DNA from: a virus | Direction: 5' to 3' (one strand) | Virus record (IMG/VR): IMGVR_UViG_3300046167_000884 | Coordinates: 1 to 64,000 of that record | DNA: 64,000 nt | Shown here: one piece after another, positions 30,740-42,607 of the stretch | Layout: the number at the start of each line of letters is the position of its first letter | Position numbering within the stretch: position 1 is the first letter of the stretch | Program-made: the position numbers and the translations under genes | The notes under the pieces: model-generated | What the model saw: only the letters and a program-made list of their open reading frames with translations | What the model was told of the DNA's origin: nothing | The model's database searches: none

Positions 30740-33700
30740 ATGGCCAATAAGTTAGAAAATATTTTTAATCCAAATGTTGATGAAATCTCACAAGGTTTTA
30801 CAATTAATGCTTGGCATGTTTCTCAATCAGTAGACGCTTTTACAGCTGCAGATGCATATGATATATCAATATCAGGTTCATTTAATAATACGGGTTCAGC
30901 ATCATTTTCGGGAAGTGTATTTACTCCAGATTTACCCGATACTTCAACTGATTTTGAAGTAGTTGTTGTTGATAATACAACAAAAGAAGTAAAGAAAACA
31001 AATTTATTAAATGCGGGTTCATCGGGAACAAGTGGTTCATCTGGTACATCAGGTTCAAGTGGCACAAGCGGTTCATCAGGAACTTCAGGTTCTTCAGGCA
31101 CAAGTGGTTCTTCAGGTATTAGTGGTTCTTCAGGTACTTCAGGTGAAGATGGAGATAAATATGTTACAACCTCAACAACCTGTAAAGATTTAGGAGTAGG
31201 TAATACTTGTATTACTGTAGGGGTAGGATTAGCTTATTCTACTGGTCAAGAAATGATAATGGCCAACAGTACTACAGCTTTTCAAACTGCGTTAGTTGAT
31301 AGTTATGACCCAGTTACAGGGATTTTATGTTATGGTGATATTATAACCCAAGTAGGAACTGGAAACTATTGCAATTGGGAAGTAAATCTTGCTGGAACCG
31401 TAGGAGGTTCATCAGGTACATCAGGCTCTTCAGGCACATCCGGTTTAAACGGTTCAAGTGGAACATCAGGCTCAAGTGGAGCAGATGGATCATCGGGCTC
31501 AAGTGGTTCATCAGGTACATCAGGTTCAAGCGGAACATCAGGTTCTAGTGGTGCCTCAGATAAATATGCTACAACATCAAACGACTTGTTTTACATTAGG
31601 AGGCAGTGGTTGTATATTTGTAGACACAGGTTTAGCGTATACAATTGCACAATCTATTATTATAGCATACGATGCTAATAATCATCAAGAATGTGAAGTA
31701 TTATCGTATGATGATGATACAGGAGAACTATGTTTTGGTTCACCTACTTCTACAACAGGTAGTGGTCAATATTGTAGTTGGAGTGTTAATTTAGATGGTG
31801 CAACAGGTGGAGATGGATCATCAGGTACAAGTGGTACATCAGGTACAAGTGGAACTTCAGGAACATCTGGTTCTTCGGGTACATCAGGTTCATCGGGTTC
31901 ATCCGGTTCTTCAGGAGCTAGTGGTTCATCAGGATCATCAGGTACAAGTGGTACTTCTGGTTCTAGTGGTGAAGATGGATCTTCAGGTTCATCCGGTACA
32001 TCAGGTTCTTCAGGTTCAAGTGGCTCATCAGGTACAAGTGGTTCTGCAGGAACCTCGGGTTCAAGTGGTACAAGTGGTACATCTGGTTCATCAGGTACCG
32101 CCGGTTCATCAGGCACATCAGGTTCTTCAGGAACAAGTGGTACTTCAGGTACTTCTGGATCCTCTGGCAATTCAGGAACTAGTGGTTCTTCAGGAACATC
32201 AGGGACATCAGGTTCAAGTGGTACATCAGGTACATCAGGGACATCAGGTTCAAGTGGTTCAAGTGGTACAAGTGGCTCATCAGGTTCATCAGGTACAAGT
32301 GGCTCATCAGGTACAAGTGGGGAAGGTGGATCCTCAGGCTCAAGTGGAACATCAGGTTCAAGTGGTGAATCTGGTACATCCGGCTCTTCAGGCACATCAG
32401 GTTCCTCAGGAACAAGTGGTACTTCAGGTTCTGCAGGAACCTCGGGTTCAAGTGGTACAAGTGGTACATCTGGCTCATCAGGATCAAGTGGTTCATCAGG
32501 TACTTCTGGTACATCGGGTTCAAGCGGAACTTCGGGTACAAGCGGTACATCAGGTACATCTGGTACTTCAGGTTCAAGTGGTTCATCAGGTACAAGTGGT
32601 CATCAGGTACATCAGGTTCAGGTCTCATCAGGTACATGCAGGTTCTTCAGGAACATCAGGTTCTTCAGGAACATGCTGGAACATCAGGAACTTCAGGTTC
32701 ATCAGGTACAAGTGGTACTTCAGGTTCAGTGGAACTTCTGGTTCATCTGGTTCATCAGGTACTTCAGGTCAGCGGTTCAGCTGGAACTTCAGGTACTTCA
32801 GGAACTCAGGTTCATCGGTACAAGCGGAACTTCAGGTACAGGGTACTTCAGGTACATCAGGTTCATCTGGTACATCAGGTTCTTCAGGTACTTCAGGTAC
32901 AAGTGGTACATCAGGAACATCAGGTTCTTCAGGAACTTCAGGTTCATCAGGTATAGACGGTACTTCAGGTTCGTCAGGCACTTCAGGTTCATCAGGTATT
33001 GATGGTACTTCAGGTTCGTCAGGCACTTCAGGTACAAGCGGTTCATCAGGTACATCAGGAACTTCAGGTTCTTCAGGTACGAGTGGATCTTCAGGAACAT
33101 CAGGTACATCAGGAACGTCTGGAACATCAGGTTCTTCAGGTACTTCAGGTTCATCAGGAACTTCTGGTTCATCAGGAACTAGTGGTTCATCAGGAACATC
33201 AGGTTCATCAGGTACTGCAGGAACTTCAGGAACATCAGGTTCTTCAGGTAACGACGGTACATCAGGAACTTCAGGTTCATCAGGTACAAGCGGTTCAGCG
33301 GGTACATCAGGAACAGATGGTACTTCTGGTATAGACGGTACTTCTGGTTCATCTGGTACTTCTGGTTCATCGGGTACAAGTGGCTCTTCAGGAACTTCTG
33401 GTTCTTCAGGAACTTCAGGAACATCTGGTTCATCAGGAACATCAGGTTCATCTGGTACTTCAGGTTCATCAGGTATTGATGGTACTTCAGGTTCGTCAGG
33501 AACTTCAGGTTCATCAGGTACAAGTGGTTCAGCTGGAACTTCAGGAACTTCAGGTTCATCAGGAACTTCAGGTTCATCAGGTTCTGCTGGTACATCAGGA
33601 ACTTCTGGTTCATCAGGTATTGATGGAACTTCTGGTTCATCTGGTACGAGCGGTTCATCAGGAACTTCAGGTTCTGCTGGTACGTCAGGTACAAGCGGAG

Positions 33701-36700
33701 TTTCAGGAACTTCAGGTTCATCAGGTACATCAGGCTCAGCTGGTACTTCAGGAACATCAGGTTCTTCAGGTACAAGCGGTTCATCAGGTAACGATGGAAC
33801 TTCAGGAACATCAGGTTCAGCTGGTACATCAGGAACATCAGGTTCTTCAGGTACAAGCGGATCTTCAGGAACTTCAGGTTCATCAGGAACATCAGGTTCT
33901 TCAGGTACTGCAGGAACGTCAGGAACTTCAGGTTCATCAGGTACATCAGGATCATCTGGTGTAAGCGGAACTTCAGGTTCATCAGGTACGAGCGGTTCAT
34001 CAGGAACATCAGGTTCATCAGGAACTTCAGGTTCTTCAGGTACTGCAGGAACATCAGGAACATCAGGTTCATCTGGTGTAAGTGGAACTTCAGGTTCTTC
34101 AGGAACTTCAGGTTCAGCTGGAACTTCAGGTTCTTCAGGAACTTCAGGTTCGGCTGGAACATCAGGTTCTTCAGGAACATCAGGTGTAAGTGGAACTTCA
34201 GGTTCTTCAGGAACTTCAGGTTCTTCTGGAACTTCAGGTTCATCAGGTGTAAGCGGAACTTCAGGTTCTGCTGGTACGTCAGGAACAAGCGGTTCATCTG
34301 GAACTTCAGGTTCATCAGGTTTCTCTGGTACTTCAGGTTCATCAGGTGTAAGTGGAACTTCAGGTTCAGCTGGTACATCAGGAACATCAGGTTCATCAGG
34401 TACAAGCGGATCTTCAGGTACTTCAGGTTCTTCTGGTACTTCTGGTTCATCAGGAACTTCTGGAACTTCTGGTTCTTCAGGTACTTCTGGTTCATCAGGA
34501 ACTTCAGGTTCATCAGGTGTAAGTGGAACTTCAGGTTCGGCTGGTACATCAGGAACTTCAGGTTCATCGGGTACAAGCGGTTCTTCAGGTAATGATGGAA
34601 CTTCAGGAACTTCTGGTTCTTCAGGAACTTCAGGTTCTGCTGGTACATCTGGTTCATCAGGTATCATCAGGTACATCAGGTACATCTGGTTCATCAGGAC
34701 AAGTCGGTTCATCAGGTACTTCAGGTTCATCAGGTACGATGGTACATCAGGAACTTCTGGTTCATCTGGTACATCAGGTTCATCAGGTAACGATGGAACA
34801 TCAGGATCATCTGGTTCATCAGGTACTTCAGGTTCATCAGGTACATCAGGTTCTAGTGGTACAAGTGGTACTTCAGGGGAACTCAGGAGACACATATGCC
34901 GATTGTAGTACTCAGGAATCTATCTGGTTACCTCTGGCAATGACGGTAGCTTCACGGAACTTAGCTCATCAGGAACTCAGGTTCTTCAGCGTATACTGCT
35001 GCACACTTCCGGTACATCTGGTATCTTCAGGAATGCCTCAGGTTCTTTCGAGTGTACGAGCGGACTCATCAGTAACTCAGGAACATCAGGTGCAATTCAG
35101 GATTACATCAGGTTCTTCAGGTACTTCAGGTTCTTCAGGTGGTTCGCGGAACTTCGTGGATAAATCTAGCTGGTGCTTCAGGAACATCAGGTTCATCTGG
35201 TACTAGCGGTTCAGCAGGTTCTTCAGGCACAAGTCAGGTTCTTCAGGTACAAGTGGCTCATCAGGTACTTCAGGTTCATCAGGTACTTCAGGTCATCAGG
35301 CTCTTCAGGAACATCAGGTTCAAGCGGTACTTCAGGTACTTCAGGTACATCAGGTACATGCGGTTCATCAGGTTTAGGAACATCAGGTTCTATCGGAACA
35401 TCAGGTTCAGTGGTACATCAGGTACATTCAGGTACAGTGGTTCTTCAGGTACTCAGGAACAAGTGGTTCAAGTGGAACATCAGGTTCATCAGGTACGAGC
35501 GGTTCTTCAGGTACTTCTGGTTCATCTGGTCAAGTGGTTCTTCAGGAACATCGGGTTCATCTGGTACTTCAGGTTCATCAGGTACAAGTGGAACAATGGC
35601 TCATCAGGTACTTCAGGTTCTTCAGGTACTTCAGGTTCATCTGGTTCAAGTGGTACATCTGGTTCATCAGGTACAAGTGGTACATCTGGTTCATCCGGTA
35701 CATCAGGTACATCAGGCTCATCAGGTACAAGCGGTTCTTCAGGCACATCAGGTACAAGCGGTTCTTCAGGTACATCAGGTACTAGTGGTTCAAGTGGAGA
35801 AGATGGATCCTCGGGCTCAAGTGGAACATCAGGTTCAAGTGGTACATCTGGTTCATCAGGTACATCAGGTACATCTGGAACTAGTGGTTCATCTGGTAAT
35901 TCAGGTACAAGCGGTTCTTCAGGGACTAGTGGTTCATCTGGTAATTCTGGAACATCCGGTTCATCAGGTACATCAGGTACATCAGGTTCTTCAGGAACTA
36001 GTGGTTCATCAGGCACATCAGGTTCTTCAGGAACTAGTGGTTCTTCAGGAACAAGTGGTAGTTCAGGTGCATCAGGTCCAATAGGTCCTTACGAATATTA
36101 TGCTCCCGGAGACGAAGATTCGGGTATTCAACCTGTAAGTGGTTCAAATACTGCTGCAGGTTGTTGGTCAACTATTGCTGGTGGTCAAAATAATTATGTT
36201 GGTCTTGGGGGTACATTATATCATTTTATAGGAGGTGGTTTTGATAACCAAACAGGAACTTGTGCTGCTGGTCAAGTAATTGTTGGTGGATATTGTAACT
36301 GTTCACAAGGTGGTACTTCTCCTAATAAAGCTGATTGGAACTTTATAGGAGCTGGTATTGAAAACTGTAATCTTGGAGGTGCAGCTGCTATTGTAGCTGG
36401 TAAAAATAATAAAATTTCAGGAGTAGGAATAGGTGGAACTAATACAGGTGCATCTGGTAGTTTTATTGGAGCTGGTGTTGGAAATGAAATTGAAGCAGGA
36501 TGTTGTAGTTTTATAGGAGCTGGTTCTAATAACTTTATAACAAGTAGTCATACTTCAATTGTAGGTGGTACCCTAAACACAGCTTCAGCAGATTGTAGTT
36601 TCATAGGAGGTGGACATAACAACCTAACAAAAATATGCACCTATTCAGATTAGTATGGTGGATTTATTTCCGAAGGAACAGGTTCATCAATTGTGGGTGG

Positions 36701-38751
36701 TACTTTAAACACTTCCTCCACAGATTATAGCTTTATAGGAGGTGGTAAAAACAATTTTATAAGTGTTTCATCTTGTTATGGTTATTGTCAGGAGGGAGGA
36801 TGCTCTGTTATAGCAGGTGGTCAAAACAATATACTTTCATCATGTCATAGTTTTATAGGAAGTGGGTGTTGTAATTCCATTTCGGACATTTTATGGTCAT
36901 AATTCAATTTTAGGAGGTGGAGGTAATTCTATAAGTGGGGAGTATATTGGACATAGTTCTATATTAGGTGGTTTTAGCAACCTTATTAGAGGATATGGCT
37001 TCATCTACTTCAATTGCAGGTGGTTCCCAAAACACAGGCTCAGGACCACAAAGTTTTATTGGAGCCGGACTTTGTAATTCAATCTCAGGAGGATATGGTA
37101 TTATAGGAGCTGGAAAGTAATAACTCCCTTAGTGGTTATAGACTCAGCTATTGTAGCAGGTTGTAATAACTGTGTTAATGATACTTTTTCGTTTATAGGA
37201 GCTGGTAATTCTAATACTGTTTCAAGTTATTATAGCAATAACATAGTAGGGGGACATCTAAATAAAATAACCGGTTACAATTGTAATGGGTTTATTGGAG
37301 CTGGATGTAAAAACCTAATTGATAGTGTTGATAATTCTTCAATTGTAGGAGGTGTACGTAACACAGCATCAGCAGATTATAGTTTCATAGGAGGTGGTAA
37401 AGAAAACTATATTGTAGGTAGTAACTCTTGCTTTGATGCAATAGTAGGTGGTACTTCTAATAAAATTGCTCATACCATTGGCTAATCCATCTTCTGGTCG
37501 TAGTTTTATAGGTGGTGGATGTTTAAATCAAATCTTATCAAATACATCTCTAGGCTTTATAGGAGGTGGTACATCTAATACTATAAGTTCTGGTTATACA
37601 GGTCTTAGTTTTATTGGGAAGTGGAGATACAAATACAATTTCGGGTGCTTATGCTTCTAGAAATTTTATAGGAACAGGACGCCTTAATGATATTTGTACT
37701 GAGTATGATACAAATATAATATTAAACGGTAAAGAAAACACTATAAGTGGATATTCAGGTTTTAATACAATCGTAAATGGATCAGGATCAGTAATACATG
37801 ATGGAAATTGGAACTTTATAGGAGCAGGGGTATGTAACAGCGCAACACCTGGAGATTATACCCCTGATGATGCTTTTGGTGCAACTATTGTAAATGGGGT
37901 TTGTAATACAGGATCTGGACAATACTCTTTTATAGGAAGTGGAAAACAGAATCATGCTGCTAGTGATTATTCTATAATTGTAGGAGGTATTCTAAATACA
38001 GCTTCTGCAGTATGTAGCTTTATAGGATTATTAGGAGGTGGATGTAATAATAGTATTACCGGGGCCTTAGCGCAACTAAGCACCAGATCCAATGACGTAA
38101 TAGTTGGTGGGTCCAATAATAAAATATGCGGTGCCTGTAATACAAATTCCAATTCAATATTAGGGCGGAACTTTTAATACAATATGTCCTGTTTACTCTT
38201 CAGGAAATACAATCGCTGGCGGATCTTCAAATATTATATCTGGTGGTTTCCGTTCATTCAGTTTTATTGGTAATGGATATCAAAACGTAATTTCAAATGG
38301 TTCTTGTAATGGAATATTAGGAGGTAATAACAATACATTAACTCATTCTTGTTCATTTATAGTAGGTTCTAACTTAACCTCAACAGCTGTTTGTTATACC
38401 TTTATGAACAATGCTTGTGTAGCAGGTACAACTCGTACTACAACATTAGTAGAAACATCAGCTAGAAGATTTAAACAATGTATCTTACCTTTACAGGATC
38501 AAATCGAAAATATTAAAAAACTCGAACCTGTAGAATTCCAATGGAAAAAAGATAAAACAAAAGACATTGGGTTTATAGCCGAAGATGTAAAAGAAATTTA
38601 TCCCGATCTTGTAGCATACGAAGAAGATGGAAAAATAAGTGGTGTACAATACTCAAAATTAACAACAGTTCTTGTAAAAGCTTTACAACAACAACAACAA
38701 CAAATTGAAGAGTTGAAAAAAGAAATATTTATATTAAAACAAAATAAATAA
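30740..38751 (+). CDS. Giant tail fibre: anchor + (SGT/SGS)n Gly-X-Y region + GGxxN beta-helix + peptidase S74 chaperone; many apparent indels
   Basis: Overlapping + strand ORFs carry the same repeat in shifting frames with no credible internal starts. C-terminal TSARRFK...IGFIAEDV...YSKLTTVLVKALQ is the S74 signature. Whether it is one gene cannot be proven from this read-out. Confidence 0.6.
31020..36070 (+). repeat. Degenerate 9-nt tandem repeat (TCAGGTACA/TCAGGTTCA/TCTGGTACT) encoding Ser-Gly-Thr/Ser-Gly-Ser
   Basis: Directly visible; interrupted by two intact globular modules and one garbled one. Confidence 0.95.
38404..38751 (+). other. Intramolecular chaperone (peptidase S74) domain at the fibre C-terminus
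   Basis: S-x-R-x-x-K autocleavage-type motif, GFIAEDV and a terminal coiled coil. Confidence 0.85.
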
Positions 38752-38752
38752 T

Positions 38753-40771
38753 ATGGCATATTTACAATCTACATGCGTTATAGGTACTTTAGCAATTAGT
38801 GCATCTAATTCAAATGCCCTAGGTTCTATCATAATATCAGATACAATGTCCCCAGGTCCTGAATTTGATGGTAATTGTAATTTAATTGCTATAGGTAAAA
38901 ATACCACACTAACAGGATCACTAGGATTAGATGTCAATACTTTAACATTAACCCAAGCAGGGGAAAATTTTAATGCAAGTTATAACTATTATGAAAGGAA
39001 TGAAGGTGGTTGCGCAAAACCTGTTATACTTACAGGAGGTGGTGGAGGTACTGGAGCTGTTATTAAAGGCTTCCCAAGAAGATATACTAACTACTATGCA
39101 GGAGAAGAAGAAGGGTCTATTAATTTAGATGGAATCCAAGTTTCAGACCCAGGTAGTGGATATACATCCACGGTAACAGGCACAGTATGTGATCCTACAA
39201 CAACAAATGAAACTTGTGCTATATTTACTATAGAACCTCTACATAACGAAAATAGTATAAACATTGGCCATAATGCAGGTTGTAGATCCCAAGGTTCAAA
39301 TACTATAAGAATTGGTTCATGTGCAGGTAGAGGAAATCTAAATAATGGTTATTGTATTCATACTAATAGTATAGCTATAGGTTCAAATACTATGCTTTCT
39401 GGGTCATTCATAGATAGTATAGCTATTGGGGAAAATGCATTAAAGGGTAATACTACTTGTACAAATAATTTGAGATGTATAAAAGATAATGTAGTAATAG
39501 GAAAAAATAGCCTTTGTAATTTTAAAACCCAAACTTGTTATAACGCAATAGTTGGTAACTGCAATCTACCTAATGCTTGTTCTAATTATGCTAATACCGT
39601 AATTGGACATTGTAATGGTCTTACTGTTTGCAATGGTGGAACTTATAACATTATAATTGGAAATCGTAATGCTTGTATATCTGGAACAAATAAAAATATA
39701 GGGAGTACAAACACAGCTATTGGATATTTCAATTTTAGATGTTCACTGAACGGAAATTATAATACTGCAATTGGTGCGCTTAATATGTGTGGTGGTATCC
39801 TATCCGGTGCGTATTATAACATAGGGATTGGCTATCAAAATTTAAGATCAATTACCACAGGAGATTATAATGTAGGAATGTCAGCGTATTCCGGCTACAA
39901 CAATACTACAGGAGGGTATAATGTATATATGGGGTACTTTGCTGGTAAAGGTAATTGCACAGGTCAAAGATCTATTTATATAGGATGTGGAGCAGGTTGT
40001 GGTATGAGGAATCAAAATGATTCTATTTTTATAGGTAATAAAGTTGGAGCATATGGTAATAGTGACCAAGGAGGTCATATAGTTATAGGAATTGATGCTT
40101 TAAGAAATATGTGTGCTGGATATTTCAATACAGTCATTGGATATTGTGCATTAAGTGTAGGACAACAAACATCTACTTCTTGTGCTATAAATGGAGGATG
40201 TAATATAGCTATTGGACCATATGCTGGACAATGTATTAAAGGAGCATCTAATAATAACATTTATATAGGACAAAGATCAGGCCCTACTAGTTTTGGGTCT
40301 GAAACCTATAAATTTTATCTTGGGCAAGGCGCTGGTAATCATTTAATGTGTGGTTGTTTAAATTCTAGTGGTAGAACATTATGCGTAAATGGAACTTTAT
40401 CTAAAACAGCAGGATCATTTGCAATATCTCACCCAAATCCAACTAAAACTCAAGCTTGCGAGTTGTGGCATAGTTTCGTGGAATCTCCAACAGCAGGTGA
40501 TAACTTATACAGGTTTGAGGTAGAAGTAGAAAATGGTCAAGCAACTATAGATTTACCTGATTACTATAAACACTTAAATGAAAACGATCAAGTGTGGGTT
40601 AACGCTAAAAACCATTTTGGTAGAGCATATGGTGTAGTAAACCAAGAAAAAACAACCCTAACAGTATTTGCTGATACAGATGGTGAATATAATATTTTAC
40701 TTATAGGTACTAGGAAAGATAAAGATGCAATAAACGCTTGGAAAGGAACAGAACGATTAAAAGAAAGTTAA
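38753..40771 (+). CDS. Cys-rich tail spike/fibre with YadA-head-like NxAIG repeats
   Basis: Repeated N(T/S)(A/V)IG...NTTG.YN motifs; C-terminal GSFAISHP...H.FVESP...IDLPDYY domain. Confidence 0.65.
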   Translation: MAYLQSTCVIGTLAISASNSNALGSIIISDTMSPGPEFDGNCNLIAIGKNTTLTGSLGLDVNTLTLTQAGENFNASYNYYERNEGGCAKPVILTGGGGGTGAVIKGFPRRYTNYYAGEEEGSINLDGIQVSDPGSGYTSTVTGTVCDPTTTNETCAIFTIEPLHNENSINIGHNAGCRSQGSNTIRIGSCAGRGNLNNGYCIHTNSIAIGSNTMLSGSFIDSIAIGENALKGNTTCTNNLRCIKDNVVIGKNSLCNFKTQTCYNAIVGNCNLPNACSNYANTVIGHCNGLTVCNGGTYNIIIGNRNACISGTNKNIGSTNTAIGYFNFRCSLNGNYNTAIGALNMCGGILSGAYYNIGIGYQNLRSITTGDYNVGMSAYSGYNNTTGGYNVYMGYFAGKGNCTGQRSIYIGCGAGCGMRNQNDSIFIGNKVGAYGNSDQGGHIVIGIDALRNMCAGYFNTVIGYCALSVGQQTSTSCAINGGCNIAIGPYAGQCIKGASNNNIYIGQRSGPTSFGSETYKFYLGQGAGNHLMCGCLNSSGRTLCVNGTLSKTAGSFAISHPNPTKTQACELWHSFVESPTAGDNLYRFEVEVENGQATIDLPDYYKHLNENDQVWVNAKNHFGRAYGVVNQEKTTLTVFADTDGEYNILLIGTRKDKDAINAWKGTERLKES

Positions 40772-40775
40772 AATT

Positions 40776-41072
40776 ATGACACAACAAGATATAGAAAATT
40801 CAATTTCATCATCATTTGATAGTTTAGAACTTTGCCAAACTATATTATCTAATTCTATGGAAGATTTAATCTCTGGTAGTTTTAATACTGAACCCTATTT
40901 ATTTCCTATTAGTGATAGTGAAGATAATATACGTTATATATTAAATAAAAATAGAGAAGCTTTAGAATGGATTTTAATAGAAGATTGGTTTAAAATTAAT
41001 GTTAATGAACCCAAAATAACAGAGTATGAAACAACAATATCAGCTTCAAAATCATTTAATTCTATAATATAA
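40776..41072 (+). CDS. Hypothetical protein, 98 aa
   Basis: ORF track. Confidence 0.55.
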   Translation: MTQQDIENSISSSFDSLELCQTILSNSMEDLISGSFNTEPYLFPISDSEDNIRYILNKNREALEWILIEDWFKINVNEPKITEYETTISASKSFNSII

Positions 41073-41077
41073 AAGTT

Positions 41078-41344
41078 ATGCTAACACAAGATCAAAAAGT
41101 AAAAAAACTTGAAATTTTATTAAATTCTTACAACATTCAATCATTAATTTCAAAAACTATAGAGGAAAATATTAAAAGTAATTCCCCTAATTATGGGGAT
41201 AGCCTAAAAGAAATACGTTTTAGTTTAAGAGATTATACTATGGGTTTAAGACAAGGTATTCAAGTTTCCTCTTCATTATTTAGTGATGATGAATTAGATA
41301 ATATCCAAATAGTTCTAACAGGTTCTGCTTTATATGGTTCTTAA
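41078..41344 (+). CDS. Hypothetical protein, 88 aa
   Basis: ORF track. Confidence 0.55.
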   Translation: MLTQDQKVKKLEILLNSYNIQSLISKTIEENIKSNSPNYGDSLKEIRFSLRDYTMGLRQGIQVSSSLFSDDELDNIQIVLTGSALYGS

Positions 41345-42003
41345 AGAAAAAAAAACTTTATTTCTTCTTCCATCAAAAACAGGTTCTACTTCTTTAGTTA
41401 GGATGTTTAAGGACTATGATATTCCTTTTATTTTAACCCCAATTAAAAAACACCCCTTACTTTCGGAATTATTAGAACTTAATAATATCCAAGATTTCTA
41501 TAATTATAAGATTTATCAAATTTGTAGAAATCCTATAGATAGAATGGTTTCATCTTATTATTTTCAACGTCAAATTATAAAAGATAAAGATAAATATAAA
41601 AAGTTTTTTAATTTAGATTTTAATCAGTTTATCGAATTGATAACAGACAATCAACATTATTTACCTAACCATATAAATAGATTTTGTATGAATGTTTTTT
41701 AATGATGTAAATTTTAGCAAAAATAAAGCTCCAACAGCTTATGGAGTAAGATTTTATCTTCCTCAAACAAAATGGAATGATATAGGAGCAAAAGTTAATT
41801 ATTTAAAATTAGAAGATTTAATTAAAGATAGTTCTATAATATCAAAAATTTTAAATGTTAATACTAATTTTATTTTCCCTCATAAAAATAAAACAAAAAA
41901 CAAACCAACTACTTCTTCAATAGATTTATATAATACTAAAAGTTTAAAATTATTAAAAAAAGCTTATCAAGAAGACTTTAAACAACTGCAATATGATATC
42001 TAA
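41334..42003 (+). CDS. Sulfotransferase (Sulfotransfer_2 / carbohydrate ST-like); indel in the poly-T near 41697
   Basis: 5'-PSB motif PSKTGSTSL, 3'-PB motif RNPIDRMVSSY, then PQTKW, KLEDL, HKNKT and YQEDFKQLQY. Confidence 0.75.
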
Positions 42004-42577
42004 ACGTGAATATTACCAAAACCAAAAATCATCCCAACCTTTTGACTTTAAATTTTTAGGCAATTTAGATATAACTTTAATTTTAAAAAATCTAAATACT
42101 TTTACTGAGGAACAATGGAATGAACATACTCATAGAAATGAAGCTTTTAGAGCCCACAACCAAACTAATTCTTTAGAAATATTATGGGATAAAGATAGTT
42201 TAAAAACGGGACTAACAGGGGCTAAAAATAAAATTAATTATAAACAATTAGATTTTGATTATATAAAAAATCTCCTCCAACCCATTTATGATAAACATTA
42301 TGGCCCAGGATATTTTATTCGTGTGTTAATCCCTAGATTAAATCCCGGAAGTTCTATACCTATTCATAGGGATAACGGAAAATCATTAATGGAAGTAAAA
42401 AGAACCCATATACCTTTAATTACAAATGAAAATATATTTTTTAAAGTAGGTGATACTACTAAAAATTTAAAAGCAGGAGAAGTATGGGAAATTAATAATG
42501 GTCGTGAACATGCTGTAAATAATGAAAGTGATGAATATAGAATTCATTTAATAGTTGATTATTTACCAAAAAGTTAA
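41993..42577 (+). CDS. Aspartyl/asparaginyl beta-hydroxylase-like 2OG-Fe(II) oxygenase
   Basis: LNPGSSIPIHRD, RTHIPLITN, GEVWEINN..EHAVNN.SD..RIHLIVD. Confidence 0.85.
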   Translation: MISKREYYQNQKSSQPFDFKFLGNLDITLILKNLNTFTEEQWNEHTHRNEAFRAHNQTNSLEILWDKDSLKTGLTGAKNKINYKQLDFDYIKNLLQPIYDKHYGPGYFIRVLIPRLNPGSSIPIHRDNGKSLMEVKRTHIPLITNENIFFKVGDTTKNLKAGEVWEINNGREHAVNNESDEYRIHLIVDYLPKS

Positions 42578-42578
42578 T

Positions 42579-42588
42579 ATATTTATAA
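42579..42588 (+). promoter_or_regulatory. ATATTTATAA motif
   Basis: 19 nt upstream of ATG 42608. Confidence 0.5.
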
Positions 42589-42607
42589 TAAACAAAAATT
42601 CAATATA

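Noticed and set aside
34880-35520. Apparently novel sequence inside the fibre repeat
   Set aside because: It looks like a polishing chimera of the third globular module and repeat units, so the exact sequence and repeat length here are unreliable.
31341-36016. Long minus-strand ORFs rich in PEVP/PDEP and off-frame ORFs rich in VHQ/LMNL
   Set aside because: They are antisense or out-of-frame shadows of the (SGT/SGS)n repeat, whose 9-nt units lack stops in several frames.
29667-40771. Diversity-generating retroelement or invertase-driven fibre switching
   Set aside because: No reverse transcriptase, recombinase, template/variable repeat pair with adenine-specific differences, or inverted crossover sites were seen in the window.
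2617-41702. Numerous frameshifts (2628, 4441, 7855, 9543, 19590, 25160-26060, 30320, 30480, 31570 onward, 41697) as pseudogenes or programmed frameshifts
   Set aside because: They hit apparently essential genes (sigma factor, baseplate protein, fibres), are single-base and often lie in homopolymers, with no consistent slippery site. This is the pattern of long-read consensus error. Raw reads would be needed to exclude a real case.
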